Below are positions 27,001-42,000 of a DNA stretch of 64,000 nucleotides, one piece after another (positions within the stretch are counted from its first letter, which is position 1; the number at the start of each line of letters is the position of its first letter). The stretch lies in the NCBI RefSeq assembly GCF_963676685.1, contig NC_092351.1, positions 64,604,001 to 64,668,000 on the forward strand. Reading direction: 5' to 3'. The notes under the pieces are model-generated. The model worked only from the letters and a program-made list of their open reading frames with translations, made no database searches and was not told the DNA's origin. The stretch is from Mytilus edulis. Its lineage: Eukaryota. Made by a program: the position numbers and the translations under genes.

Positions 27001-30000
27001 TGTTGGTCTCATTACGTTTCAAGCTGAACAGAAAGTGGCAATGAATTTCAATAACAAACAGGTGAAAGCAATATCTCAGCAACTTCAGCAGTCTGAAGAC
27101 AGGATAGACCACAAGGCTAGTAATAATTGCTTGGCGGAATTGATGGCCAGACCAATAAGATATTCAATGTTGTGGTGAGACGAATGGACAAGCTGACAAC
27201 AACTGAGGAAGGAGACACAGTTCTATTTCAAAGTGCATTTGAACAGCATGGTACCTTCCAACAACTGGCATCTGTTGTGAATGAATCAGTGGACAATCGA
27301 AATAAAGAAGTTAATATTTACTGCAATGGACACATCATCTAAGCCAAAATTTGACCTTAGCCAGTACAACGCAAGTTTACCAAAAGTACACAACAAAATC
27401 CATGCAGTGGGTCTTTCCACAATTGAAGTTCGCATGAACCATAAACCGTACCAACTCTGTTGAAGGTGTCTTCGCCTTAAGTGAAAAGTCCTATGCCAGT
27501 GCCCTTGGCCCTGCATGAGACAGTTCAAATTATTCAACAACAATCTCCACTTAAGAACATACTATAAACCTCTAGTACTAATCAAGGATACCAGCAAAAG
27601 GCTTATGTGTTTTCTTACGCACACTAACCATCTACTATGAGTCAATAATATTTGGTTTAGATCAGCACACCATTACAGAAACAATTAACTGCAAATGAAT
27701 TCTATCGAGTTTCTCCAATGTTGAATGCAGTGCCTACTTACGGTATCATCCCAGTCGAGTCAATGGCAAATCCCACATTTATCACTCCAATTATGACAAC
27801 CTCGTCCGCTTCTGGAGCTCTAATATGCTTCCCATAACATCAAGTTGGCTCCATTGACCGATCCAGGAAAGGGCAGAGGAAAGAAAAAGAGTGTGACAAC
27901 ACCTCTTCTTCAGACTCTTCACTGGAGAGAGAATATACCATGTGGCAAGAACATCTTTGAACAAGGGACCGGAGCCGAAGCCCACAGCTGCCACAAATTT
28001 AAAAACTCAATTGAAGAGGATCCATCTCTTGGGAGGCGCTCATTAACCAATTTGAACGAACTGCCGGTAGATGACAATGGGAAATCAGGAAAAATGTGTG
28101 TAGGCCCCAGATTGCCAGGCCGATGTTGGCTTTGAGTACGCTCGCATGGTAAACACAGATGATGATTCCAAGGCCTTAAAAAGCATTCATTTGGAGCAGC
28201 GCTTCAGCAAGGAAGACGATCAAACCAGATTGCAACCAAAACATTCCGTCGAGGATGTAAAGACAAAGAATCTTCAAGGCATGTAATAGAGAGGAACCTA
28301 GAAACATTCAACAAGGCGTTAAAACACGTGAAAACCTCAAAAGCAAACCAGATGGCGATATATGGATAAAAAAATGCCAATTATGACCATCGACCACCGT
28401 TAAAGAAAATATGAGCAGTCCTTTGGATTATGAGTTGCATAACCTCACACTGGATTGGCCGATCAATATAATCTCGGTTCTTCTGATAAAAAAATCATGG
28501 AAGATCACCAGTTCAATGGAAGATCACCTGATCAATATAAACGTGGAAGATCTATTGAGCAATACAATCGCGGTAAATCGGCAGATAGAAGTACATCCAA
28601 GCTTAATGCCTATCGATCAGTAACACCCCCACTAAGCTAGAGATCATATAGTCCCTAAAGACAACGGTTAGCATCTCCACGGACAAACTCCAGAAATCCC
28701 GAATATTTCAGACAACGGTCACCTTCACCAGGATACGGAGCAAATCAAAGTTTAACCCCAACAATGGAGCAAAGGGTCGGGTCATTAGGACAACTCAGAT
28801 TCCAAAGTCTATTGGCAATGAAACATCATCTTATCACACAATCGAACAGAGGCCCAGTCCTCGTCCAATATTGTCATCAGACGAACCATTTGAAATAGCT
28901 TAGTAGTACGAGGTACTACACATGACCAGAATGTGAGCATGATTGTGGACACTGCTGCAATGATAACATTAGTAAATGAGAAATTAATTCCCGTAGAAAA
29001 TTGAGATTTGGAGAACGTAACGCTATGTGGTGAGGTTAACAGCTTGTTATTGAGAAGATTATAAGGAACGACTCTCGACATTAATAGAGTAAACATACAA
29101 TGGGATGTGTGCAAAGAGCCATTAACAGACGATGTTATACTTAGGCTAGTTATTTTGGACACACTGATCGCAGTGATAAACCTGAGTAGTCCCACAATTA
29201 CCATTAACAATAAAGAGATAAATGCGTCATTTGTTAATAGTGGAAACGAGATTTTAACTCAGCTAGTTTGCATAAAACGACCATTACAGTTCCACCAAAT
29301 TCAAACATGACTGTTACCATTAAGACTAATAAAAGTGCTGACCAGGAGTGCATTTTAGGACATGCTCGCTGAAATGTTGCAAATTGGTTACGTACGTAGT
29401 TGGAAAAGGAAATAGTTGCCCCTTAACCATTTTAAATGATGGCAATCGTCTAATCCGCCTGAAGAAAGGTACACCTATTGATTACATAGAATAATTTGAC
29501 GATGTAGTGGGTACGGCAGATGCAAACGCGATAAGTGACGTAAGACGTGGCATTGAAGAGACACGAGACAGGTGCCCTCGGCACTGCCTCAAAGTTCAGA
29601 TGAGTTTATCCGACCTATATTAACGTCAATCGACTCGTTTCAACCTATTTCATTCCAACCATTAAAACTGAAAGCGTTTAAAGAACAATTACAATAACAT
29701 GTAACATTATGATATTGATTAACATTTTAAATTTCACTATTTGTTTTTGTATATGCAGCTATATTTGCAACTTATGTGTTATAGAAATACCCAAATTATT
29801 TGTTTTATACTTTTGAATTAATTGATAACAAATTCAAGAACATGAAGTCCATTTTTTAAGAATCATTACTTTAATTTCCGAAATTATATAAAATACTTTT
29901 AGGACAATCTTGAATTTTATACCGTTTTCTCGCCATCTTGAAAATGGCAGCCATATTGGATTTTTCAGAGTGGGTCCATAGCTGAAATCAAAGGATATAT

Positions 30001-33000
30001 AACCAAGAACTACTATGCAAAGTTTCATGCTTTCCTCATCAAGTGAGCAATTCTGCTCTATATCTGCACCAATCGGCAGGACTAATATATCAATATACAG
30101 CTAGGGAATATTTGTTGTTGACCGAAAATATAAGATACATCGATTTAAACTATATGAAAAATAAATAATTTTTGTAAGTTACTTTAATTTCCGTGTCTAT
30201 ATTAAATTTACGAGTACACTATAGGAAGACAGAAAAAGAGAAACGGAAATATACAGGAATACCTAAAGTTTCGTAAGTCATTGCAATGGACCATACATTA
30301 CTTTCATGTCACAAGTTTTCATAGCACTCAGCAAGTTTTGAAACGAATATGAGAGATAAAGATCTACTGCATTTGGGCAAATTAAAAATATGTTAAACAT
30401 CTAACTATTTTATTTTTAACAGATTCACAAGTTTTAAATTTTTTAAACCGTGCATCAATATTTTATTGTTTTTATTTAAATTCCTTATATGTTACGTGTA
30501 TTGATCATTTATTTGTTTAAATTGTGAAGTATATGACTTTAATAAGAATACACGCATTTATATATATAAGTCGATAAAGTTTGAAACAAATAAACGAAAG
30601 CTACATCGATGTTGTTTTGCTTGAGTGATTTACCTGTTAAAAGCTCGGGTCCTAACACGGTTTAAAACGAATTAATACCAGTTTGAAATAGTTTAACGGG
30701 GGCGTGGCCTATTTGTTTGACGTAACTTACCGCCAACTTGAATTAAATTGAACGACTGCAAGCGAATCTATTTGACTGGCATTAAAATGATTTGATATGC
30801 ATTGAAATAAATTAAAAATGATTTTTAATTTTTGTCAATCTTTATCAAATGACGATTAATCTCATTTAAACAGCGTTAATGCGTTTTTGTCCGATCAAGT
30901 TAAATTCGGGTTACTAGTGTGTGGTATTATTGCCAATGATATCAACAGAACTATAAATGAAGTGGTTGTTAGCCATTATAGGCAATTGTACAGCCTTCAA
31001 TAATAAGACGAACCAATACCGTATAGTTGGCTACATAGTCGGCTATACTGTTATATATTTTTTTTATTGAAGGTTGCATTTCTGTAAATATTGACAATGC
31101 AATTTCCCATAGGAACTCCTTTTACGGCTAAAACTGTACCACTTTTACTATGAAGTTTTGAAAAAAATCATATCCTAGAATTGAAAGTTCATATGCACCA
31201 CAATTTTTTTCAAAGGTCAAAATATAGGGCTGTGCGGCATATTTTCAACGTTTATATGCCCTGAACTTCTCAGAGTTAAAACTTACACTAATTTTCTTAA
31301 CTACCCCTACCTCGAATGAAAGGTTACCACAGATTTCAATGTAAACAATATGCACGTGTTTATTTACTGGTAACATTCCCAATTTTTGTCTCTGCGATAT
31401 TGAACACAGAGAGCATAACTGGGAACCAGTATGTAAACAAAATTATTTTTCTATGAATATTCAATTACTCCCCAAAAGAGGCGTGTTTTGAGAAACAGCT
31501 GTATTTACAAAGTGCAACCTGAACAGATAAAGCTATTACTCGATACAAACATATTTTGTGATATTGATTACGTTTGTTTAATTGTAGATATATTTTTTGC
31601 ATGTGTTTGGTTGTTTTTCATCAAAGATAAAACCAACATAATCAGTTTTATAAAGGACAAAATTCTTTTACTACCTACGTTTAATTTAATAAGTGATTTC
31701 GCATTCACTATGTTCACGTTTTCAATGAGCTTTAAACAATAGAATGTCAACAAGCATGCAAACTTACTAGACATGTGAAATTGGGTTCTGATTATAACAT
31801 TTTGTAAGTATGTTTTTCATCTCGAACAATTCAATTAGAATAACGATCTGTAGTATCTATTTATAGTGATACATCTCATTAAGATTGGAATATACGTATT
31901 TCCTGAAAGATCATCAAATTGTTGATATTTGTATATAAGTTACAATCATTATAATAAATATAAAGAAAAAAACACATGAATGTAATATTGGATGATGCAA
32001 ATAAAATATAACAGATTAAAATCGACGACCATTGAATATCGATACGTTGCTGGTGATTGAAATACTATTTGAAGTGCAACAACGTTAACATTTTCACATT
32101 TTATAAATTCAATTTCTTATTCTCATAAGCGAAATGTAGTCGATTCTCATAATTGAACGAGTATCGTTTGAATTTTGAAAACATATGCTTTCCGTAAATA
32201 TCTTTTTATGGTGGTTGAGTGGGATTTAAAAAAAATGATTATCATTTGTAAAAATACATATCTAATTGTTTGAATCGATATCATTACATAAACGGAAACT
32301 TTGTTTATCGATGTTCTTGTCAAATACATTATTATTATCCCCAACCAACATCTTTGATTGATCTTAACTTTCAATTTAAACATTTCCCCACAAACTTTAA
32401 ATGGTACAATAATAGTTTTCTTGCATGACCATTTTTTAAGCTGAATATATCTTCATACATTGTAGTCCTAATAATACACGCTAGGGTTTTCGAACAAAAT
32501 TAAAACGATATAATTTTTGTTCAGGAGAAACATCCAGACTCAATCATTAAAGTATCCGACTGCATATCGTATGATGATAATCATCTCTTGAATGATCCTT
32601 GGTATTCATTGTTAACAAAAATATTTTGGCAAATATTTGACAAATCGTAAATCTTGATAAACAAAAGAAGTACTTCTTTACAAATTTTGTTCTTTCATAA
32701 AACTATCTCCATATTGAATTACAGATTTAAATCCTGTGTTATTACATGACGTATCACACTATTTCCTTGTCAAATTACACAATACACTGAATACGCATCT
32801 ACCATGTCTAATGAAACTTGAATAAACTATCTGATTTGCCAATCTTTTTTTTCCTCCTTTATTATGTACGAAAAGATTTAGTTCACAAATGGAAATTGTT
32901 GCACATAGTCATTGTAAAATAAATCACTTTACTTACTTTTCACTTGTAACGTAATACAGATCTGATTAGAAGCTTGACTGAAATAAAGAATTAGTTCAAT

Positions 33001-36000
33001 GTAAATAATTGTTTTTAAAGAAAATGTGCCAAAGCAATAGCTAATTTTTTTTCGTATGAGTATGAATACTAAAAAAACCCAAAGGTGTGGCTAATTTTGA
33101 ATTATATACTACAAATAATCACGGTATTTTTAAGACAATTAAATTTATCAATTTTTGTTTATATCTTAACATCTCTACCTTTAGTTAGGGATATTTCAGT
33201 GATATAAGTAAAAACATGCCAATTATACAGTAAAACACAACATAAAAGTGAAAATAATACACAAACTGCAAACTCAGAAATCTTCGCACGAATTTCTATT
33301 TTTACATGTTTAGCAATTTGGATACAAATTTTATAAACAAAATCAAGATATATAGATAAAATCCAAGTACAAGCAGTTACCTATAAGAAGAAACTAATTT
33401 ATGGAACATGACGTTATCCAGCGTACAACTAACCCCGATTCATTTTAAGTATCAATTGAGCATCAAAAGCACTATGCGAAACCAGAAACTGCAATCAGAA
33501 CTGCAGACTTCACAGGAGGACATATATCTACTTCTTTTAGTTTGTTGAATATAACAGGTATAATAAATTGCCGAAATTTATGAATTTTTGTTATAATTAA
33601 TTCACTGACGTAAACATGATTAATAGTCTGAAAAAAGGGAATGACATATGTTACGTTTACGATTTTATCATTATTTTTTATATGATTCTGTCGGTCAAAT
33701 AACTGTTATTTTATTTTTAAACGTTGATATCTCTTTTACCTCATACTATCGAAAGCTGTAAAGCAGACCGCATGATTACCAATATCCTTCTCGTCAGGTG
33801 TCCATGTGACATTGACGTACCATCGATCGATGGCTATACCATAGCTAAGCAGCTCCGACTTAATCATTTCTTTTGGAGAAGTAACGTTAATTTCTGAAAT
33901 TCTATAATAAATCGAAAATACTTTTGACAGCTTACATTTATTAAAACTATTTAAAAAGTAAAATCACACAAATACTGAACTCCGAGGAAAATTCGAACAA
34001 ACAGTTCCTAATAAAATGGCAAAATCAAAAGTTGAAACACATCAAACGATTTGATAACAACTGTCATATTCATGGTACAGGCATTTTTTTATGTAGAAAA
34101 TTATGGATTGAACCTGATTTTATAGCTAGCTGAATATCTCACTTGTATAACAGTCTCATCAAATTCCATAATATTGACAACGATACGTGAACAAAACAGC
34201 GACAACGTTTTTTACTGATATGATTCCGTAATAATTCAATTTCAATACGACTATATTGATTGACCAAACAAAGATATAAAAAGGGAATGCATTATTAATG
34301 TAGTGTTTTATACCAAAACTACTATCGTATAGGAGACAATTGACAAATCTTCACAATAAATAGTGCATATTCATTTACAACATTTGATTTGGTAGTTAAA
34401 GATATTTAATGTTTTTAGCTGGACATCAACTTTTCTCACATAAAAGAGGGACGAAAGATACCAGATGGACAGTCAAACTCATAAATCGAAAACAAACTGA
34501 CAACGCCATGGCTAAAAATAAAAAAAAGACAAACAGACAAACAATAGTACACATGACACAACATATAAAACTAAAGAATAAGCAACACGAACCCTACAAC
34601 AAATAATTGGTACAACAAGAAGCGTCTTAAAATCAAAACCAAATATAAGTGGTAAAACATGACCACCACTATAATTAACAGTTCACGGGAAACTTATGTT
34701 TGACCAAGACAACGCAACAAATAATCGGAGGTTAACATGAATGGTTCATACATGTCATGTCTCAGGTCAAATGTTCGAATAAGCATAAAACAAGGAAGTA
34801 ATTCGATTACAATATTAGAGATACTAGAATACACAAGCAAGATCGCCTGTCCGTAACTGAATTAAAGCACATGCGAATTTTTTTTTTAGAAATAAGAAGT
34901 TATGGTGTTATGCCAATGAGACAACTCTCAATCCAAGACGCAATGTTTAACAAGTAAACAATTGTCGGGCAAAGTATGGTCTTAAACACGGAGCCGGACA
35001 GCAAGCTATACAGTGGCCCAATATTTTGCCTAAACTTTTAGTATTAGTATTGTTATTTGATTAATACGCGCTTCTTATAAGTTTTTCTGCTTTCAAAATA
35101 TTTTTGTTTGAATCCGTCCTGGTTTCTTCTACAACCGGATCAAACTTATGAAGATATATATTTTTTGTCAATGATTAAATTAAGTATTGTCAATCATTGA
35201 ATAATGACGAGGTTCAGGTGTTATTATAACAAGTGTTTATAACAAAATCTAAAATCACCGCTTGGTGTTGTGACTAATAGAAGTGGAATATATAGATGAT
35301 GTAACGTTTACCGTTAAAACTATCATTCTATTTTACCAGTATCAGATTTGACACAGAACTTGTTACTAGTAATTATTTGTAATACAAGCAACAAATTTTT
35401 CAAAAAGTTTGCATGGTTTTAGCGTATTATGTTGATAATCGAGTTTTGCTTTGTATTCATCTATCCAGAATATTACATATAAATTGTAATAGGGTAAACA
35501 AACAAGTGGAATAGAGGAAAAGTTAGCAGAAGGAGTTCGTTCCAGGTCATTGACCTAATGCTTTTAATTAGTGTATTTAATTTTGCGACTTATGGATTTT
35601 GTGTTTATTGCATATCATTTCGAAACTCTTTAAAAAATTCTTTACAATTATTTTAGTTTACATAAAGTGCTGGGAATATTGTAAAGACTACTTCTATTTG
35701 ATAAGGTAGTTCATGTTTACTGCTACAATGCCTTCAAGTGAAAAATTGCTGCTCTAAAAAATTATTCGGACTACTCTGTACCGTAATGGACGTTGGCATG
35801 ATAAGGAAAGTTCACATCGACACACCTCTCCCTGTTCCAGGTTAAATGAACAATAAAATTATACAAAAAAGGAAATGTTAAGATACGTGTTTCAATATTT
35901 GTTTTAAAACTTTTAAATTATACAAGTAACAAGATACTAATCTTTATTTTTTGTAAACCACAGACAGAAACATACACGATCCTTTCTACTTTCTATGACA

Positions 36001-39000
36001 TTTGTACATGCCCATGCTCAATCATGACCGTGAATTTCTTGATTTGGCGTTAATGAGTTATGTCACCCGTGTGCATTTTATACATTACAAAATCGCTAAT
36101 GCTTTGTCTTTTTGTTTAAAAATTTGAGTAATAACTTATTCACATCAACAAGGTAATTATGTTATGACACGAAAGATTACATGATATTTTTATTTGATGC
36201 GGAAACAAATTAATAATGAAAAAAAATTTGCAGGAATAAAACTCAATAAATAAGGAATCACTTTAGTAGTTGTTCTTGTGGCATTAACATGTCGATTCAG
36301 CACTTAAATAACAACTTCAATGAACATTTCAATGTTAATTTCATAACCTGTGATCATGTTTCTTACCGTCCTCACTTACTGATATGATCACATATTATAT
36401 GTGTTTCGTGCCAACTGATCAATAACTGGGTTTCCAATATAGTGCGAGTGATTATTTTACCTCATACTCATCATTGTTTTAAATGACATCTAAAACTGTC
36501 AAAAAAGCCTCCGAAGAAGGCAGTACACAAAAGAAAACTTGAATAGTCGGTTATGTTATGATTAAAAACAATCACATACGTTCTAATGAAACAAAACTGT
36601 GACGATGAAATCTACCAGTAACTGAAATCAAAGTGTGAGTACTTAGTCTTCCAATAAAACATGATAATTTTGAGATACGAAGCAATTGTCTTTCCTCATT
36701 AATCCATTAAGATACAATCCATTGTAAAAAAAATATATATGAAATATTTTTAAAACTTTGCAATATTTTAAACAATATAGTTCTTTACTTTATTGATAAT
36801 TACAAAAGGAGAATATGTATTTTAACACAATAAGAGGTTATATCAAATATGCATGACATTAAATATCATTTTCACATTGCCATGACAATGAACAATGGAC
36901 ATCAATATAGCAAAATTATAAAATTCACTACTCACCGAAATCCTTTTGCTATAATTGTCTGGTGGTATGTAATGTGTACAGGTATTTCGACAACTGAATT
37001 TATTTCGTGCAAATTTTCAAAAACTGGTTTAATACTACAAGATTCAGTTGAATTATGCACTGTCACATTTATTAGAAACTGGATTGGAATGCTGCTTAAT
37101 GCATTAAGTGCCTGTTCTGTAGCAAAGTCTTCAATTTGTAGAGCAACGGCGTACATACCAGTCGTTCCAGTTGCGTTGTAAGTAAGAATACACTTTTCCT
37201 TAAAAAAATAAAAAAATAAAAAAGTCATATTTGCTGTATCAAAAATACAACAATTCAAGATCGCACGCCTTAACATATTTTTGTTTTTATTATTTATATT
37301 TGATACGGGAGACAAAATGAAAATCCTTAAATACTACTCTTCATTTTCATTTTCATACTCATTTAAGTACAAATAAAGAATTCAAAGAAGTATTATTTTA
37401 AAGTTAAACAAGCGCATATGTTTTATTTACGAATGATGAGTACGCCTTTTTTATAAAAAATGTTGTAAAAAGAAATTCTAGAAAAAAAAGCCCATCTCAA
37501 ACAAGTTAAAGGGAATGTTGTCCGCTCTCTTATGTATAACGTTTACATCCTCGGACTTCAAATATTTTGCTTTGAACGTTCCTGATACAGGTAAATCAAG
37601 AAAAGCGTTTCGGACGCATAAAATCGATAAACGTGTTGTTTTCATTTTTTTTTTATTTCAATGGGTCGATACCTCCAGTACTTCGGTACTGGCATGATTT
37701 ATAACAAACCTTTCTAAATATGTCCGTTTATAAATATTGAAATTGTTAAGACACTAAGGTTTCAACTCTCTCAGGCAAAATTAACCTTAGATGTAATTCG
37801 ATATTTTAAGGTATTTTTTTTATCATATAGATCTTCAACTGTTTCGGTACTTGAACATACTCGGCTTTCAAATATTCTGCTTTTGTCGTTATTGATGCAT
37901 ACAATTATTAAACGTTCTGTTTTCAATTTTTCACATCAAAGACGGGAGAGTAACAAATACAGTAAGTTTAAACTACAATTCATTAAATCAAGTCGGCTAT
38001 AAATTTTGCTTGACAATTGAATAGATCACCGACTTGTAATTATTCAGATCAAAAAAGTTATCAAGCAAAACAAGAACAAAGTTAGAAACTTTATTTTACG
38101 GAATGATTTAAAAAAGTGTAATCGCTGAGTATTGATATTTTGCTTGAAGAAAGTGTTACCAAAACGTTTATCTTATTCAATACTGAATCACTACTTAAGC
38201 TTTTTAAGTTTACCTTATTCAATACTGAATAACTGAGCTTTTTACATACGCTGTCACATTCATGATACGTGAGTGCCCATCGACATCGTATTACATCACC
38301 ATCTTCGTCTTGAACTAAAACATTGATTAAATTGATATGAAATAATATCTGGTGTTTTTCTCGCAAATTGATAGACTGATATTGTCCTAAAAAATTTCAG
38401 TACATATTTTTATAACGGCAATTGGAATTATCTCCCTTATATTATTGACTTATTAAACACCAACTTAGTCACTTTATAGTCTTTATATTTTTCATTTTTC
38501 ACAGTTTAAGATTAAATATTTTAATACATTTGGTTGATATTGTCCTAATAATGGAATGTGAATATACTAATAATTATCCTGCAATTTGGTGTCGTATTAT
38601 ACAAATACAGCCCTATAAATATCGCTATACTGTATCTGTTTACTATACAGATATCACTTTAAAGCTCCACCCACTGCCGAACACATTTGTGTATTGCTAA
38701 TAACGAGTGTCGTATGAACCTTCGTGACCTCAGAATGTGTATTGCAGTCGCATTTTAATGACGTATTGTTTGAACTTATGCTAACTAACGATTACTTTTA
38801 TACATTGTTTGTTTTTTAACATTTTTTTAAAAACCAATTAGAATTAAACCAATTTTTTTTATTACAGACGAACATGAACAGCAGTATTTTCTACGACGAC
38901 AATTATCCATTTAAAACTTGAATGTGTACATTTTTCACAAAAACAATCATGTCGATTTCGGCATGTATGTTAAGTGAATGTCAAGTTCATTTCTAAACTA

Positions 39001-42000
39001 AGAATGCAGGACAACTGGTACACCTTTGTTTCGAATTGGAGAATGATTTCTTATTTGTTTAACTGTTGATATTAGCTGTTATGTTGAAATTGATAATTAT
39101 TCACCGTAAGCGATGTATTATTATTGACAATTTGAGATCATTTCTTTGTGAACCCGTCTGAATGCGTGATTTTAATATAACTACGCGAGCCTCAAGGTAT
39201 TTTGAATTGTCTTTCCAAGCACAAACAATATACAGAATTAATTTCAGAATAAAGACAATCACTGTTTATGTAATATTACAGAATCCGGATACATTTGATA
39301 CACAGTGTGCAAATGTCCTCACCCAATATGAATTTTATTTACCCGATAAAGTCTTATATTAAGGCAATTGCACACTGTGTAACTAATAAAATCGTCATAT
39401 CTCGTTTTTATTATGTAAGGGAGTAAACATAGAAATAAGAAATAACTTCAGGACCATTGTCAAAGCTTGTAAACATTCTGTCTTTTAATCTAACAATAAT
39501 GTATTTGATCTTAAATGTACCAATAGTTTGAGTATAAAAGTGTGTTTCTAATCAAACCGTGCATTTGGTTCAAATCAATACTTGACATTGAAAGCATAAA
39601 ACGATGTTAAAAAGGTAAAAACCCGGTTATAGTAGAAATCTAGTCACTCGGTTTTTCAGTTTTTTAAATATTATGTTTTGAAGTCAGTCGTTACTTTCGT
39701 CTACTTTTGATTTCTGTTCGACACCATTGAATAAGAATTATGCAAGATTTCCTACCAACAAAGCGGGCGTTACATGATGAACAGGATATTCCGAACCTTC
39801 TGATACAACTAATGTAAATTTATTTTCAATTGGTGACGTTGGTGCTGCTCAGTCCTCATGTTTCTATATGGTGTTATGCATACAAATGTGTTTTGGTAGT
39901 CTTTTCATTTTTTACCAGAACTTTTGTCAGTAATTCATTGACTAATACTAGTTTTAACATCGCTTTGGTATCCTGAGCAAAGGTTTATATTATAAAATAA
40001 TTTTTATGGATTTTGTGAATGACCACATATACTTATCAATTGATTATTAGCAATAAATATCAACACGATTGATTTCTAAATTTGCAAAGCTCAATAATAC
40101 CTGGAAGTGACAAAGAGTAAAAACATCCATATTCTAATCGAATAACTGGTGGAATATTGCTTATTGGTGGGGAATTAACTTTAGCAATATCTTCACGTAT
40201 GGTTAAATTTGCAGTCGAAAGCAAAGACCAGGCTAGCCCACCTTCTTCAAGGTTTATCCAGTTGTATCCTTCGTACCTAGTAATGTTAAGACAATATCGT
40301 AATACAGTTACATTATATACAAATTGTTTAAATGATAAAAATAATATAGACGTCATCATAACCATAGTTATGTTGTCACAGATAAGCTAAACACCAGTGT
40401 TGGTGTATTTCAAAGTATTTTAAAACCACACATAGAAATTGAGTCTATACAAGAAAACATCTCTCATACATTTGTAAGTATTCCTTGCATTACTTGTATC
40501 TTTTAAAACTTATTTCGCATACAATTATCATTGTTTCGTGCACTGTACAATACATGTTTTTATTGTAAATTAGCATAGTCATCCCGTTCTTGAAAAATGT
40601 TCTTTTCTCTCGTCGTATTGTTGATTCATTAACAAATATATAGTATGGGCTTTGCTCATTGTTGAAGGCCGTACGGTGACCTATAGTTGTTAATGTATGT
40701 GTCATTCTGTTCTCTTGTGGAGAGTTGACTCATTGGAAATCATAATACATCTTTTTTTACATGTATTTCAAACATACATGTAGTCAGTTGTTACTTCTAC
40801 ATTTGAAATGTCTTTACCAAGTCAGAAATATGACAGTTATTGTCCTTTCGTTTGAAGTGTTTTATCATTAGATTTTGCCATTTGATTACAGACTTTCTCT
40901 TTTTGAATTTTTCTCGGGTTTCAGTATGCTCATTTGCGGCACGATATAATTGAATGAAATTCGTCCAAAGGAAATTGATAAATACGATATTAATGTGTGT
41001 TTTTCTTTTCAAAAAATCAAACACATGAAAAGTTCTTGATTAAGTATAGGTATGTCCTTATGTAAAACCTGATTGATTTAGATTTATTTTAAAGCCAACA
41101 TGTGTATGACAGTCGCAATTAGTTCAATTATATTCATTACAATGTGTGAGCAAAACGAACTGACATAAAAGGTACACTAGTTACATTTTGCATTAATCTC
41201 AATCACTGTAATAACAAACAATTGTGTCAAGCAAGAAATACAAATTGACAAATGATGTGTGATTTCGTATATTTTTTATTTTCGTTTCTGTGTAAATATG
41301 CGCGTATTTAGAATTTGCTTACCGAAATTGGTATATGTTGTCCAATACTTTTGGGAGAGTAACATTTAATGTTCTCTGACCATATATCCACCCTTCTTCT
41401 TCACTAAATGCAATACAGTAGAAGGACATCAAAGGAACTAACTTTAACCAGCATCCTCTGTAGCAATCTAAAGTGCCTTCTCCCTCGACCAAATCTCCGC
41501 TGTCATACTCATTGCAAAAAAGGTTCGATGTATCTCCACGAAACGATAGTTTATATGTGATGTCAATTTGCTGGAATGAAAAAAATATTAGAAAAAAAAA
41601 AAAAAAAAAAGGAACAACTGCTAAACGTAAAATGCATTTATGACGTTATCCTTTCTCACATTGCAGTCATAGAAAATACTTGGAGAAATCTGAAAATTTT
41701 TTGGACGATCCGTTTTGCCTCTTTTAACAAATTTCTAACTGGACTGAATTGTATACAGTTTCAGTAATGACCAATTGAAATTTTAAACCGAACATTAATG
41801 CTAATTCTTCTCAATTTCTCAATAATTAGAAAACACGAAAACATCACCACTGTACTTTTTCAAGATTCTTCTCATATATTATTAACTGGTTCAAATACAA
41901 CATTGCAAAGAAAGTTTCAATTCTGTTTTAATACACGACCTATTGGTATTAAAAACCGATATGGCAGCAAAACAAAACTTATATTAAGCATCACTTGCTT

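Noticed and set aside
26130-30084. hAT assignment for the TAG..CTA element
   Set aside because: The 8-bp flanks (ATTTCATA / ATATATCA) do not match; only a 3-bp ATA duplication is seen.
16965-30919. Polinton/Maverick interpretation of the long inverted repeats
   Set aside because: No pPolB, integrase, ATPase or capsid genes, no AG-repeat termini and no 6-bp TSD.
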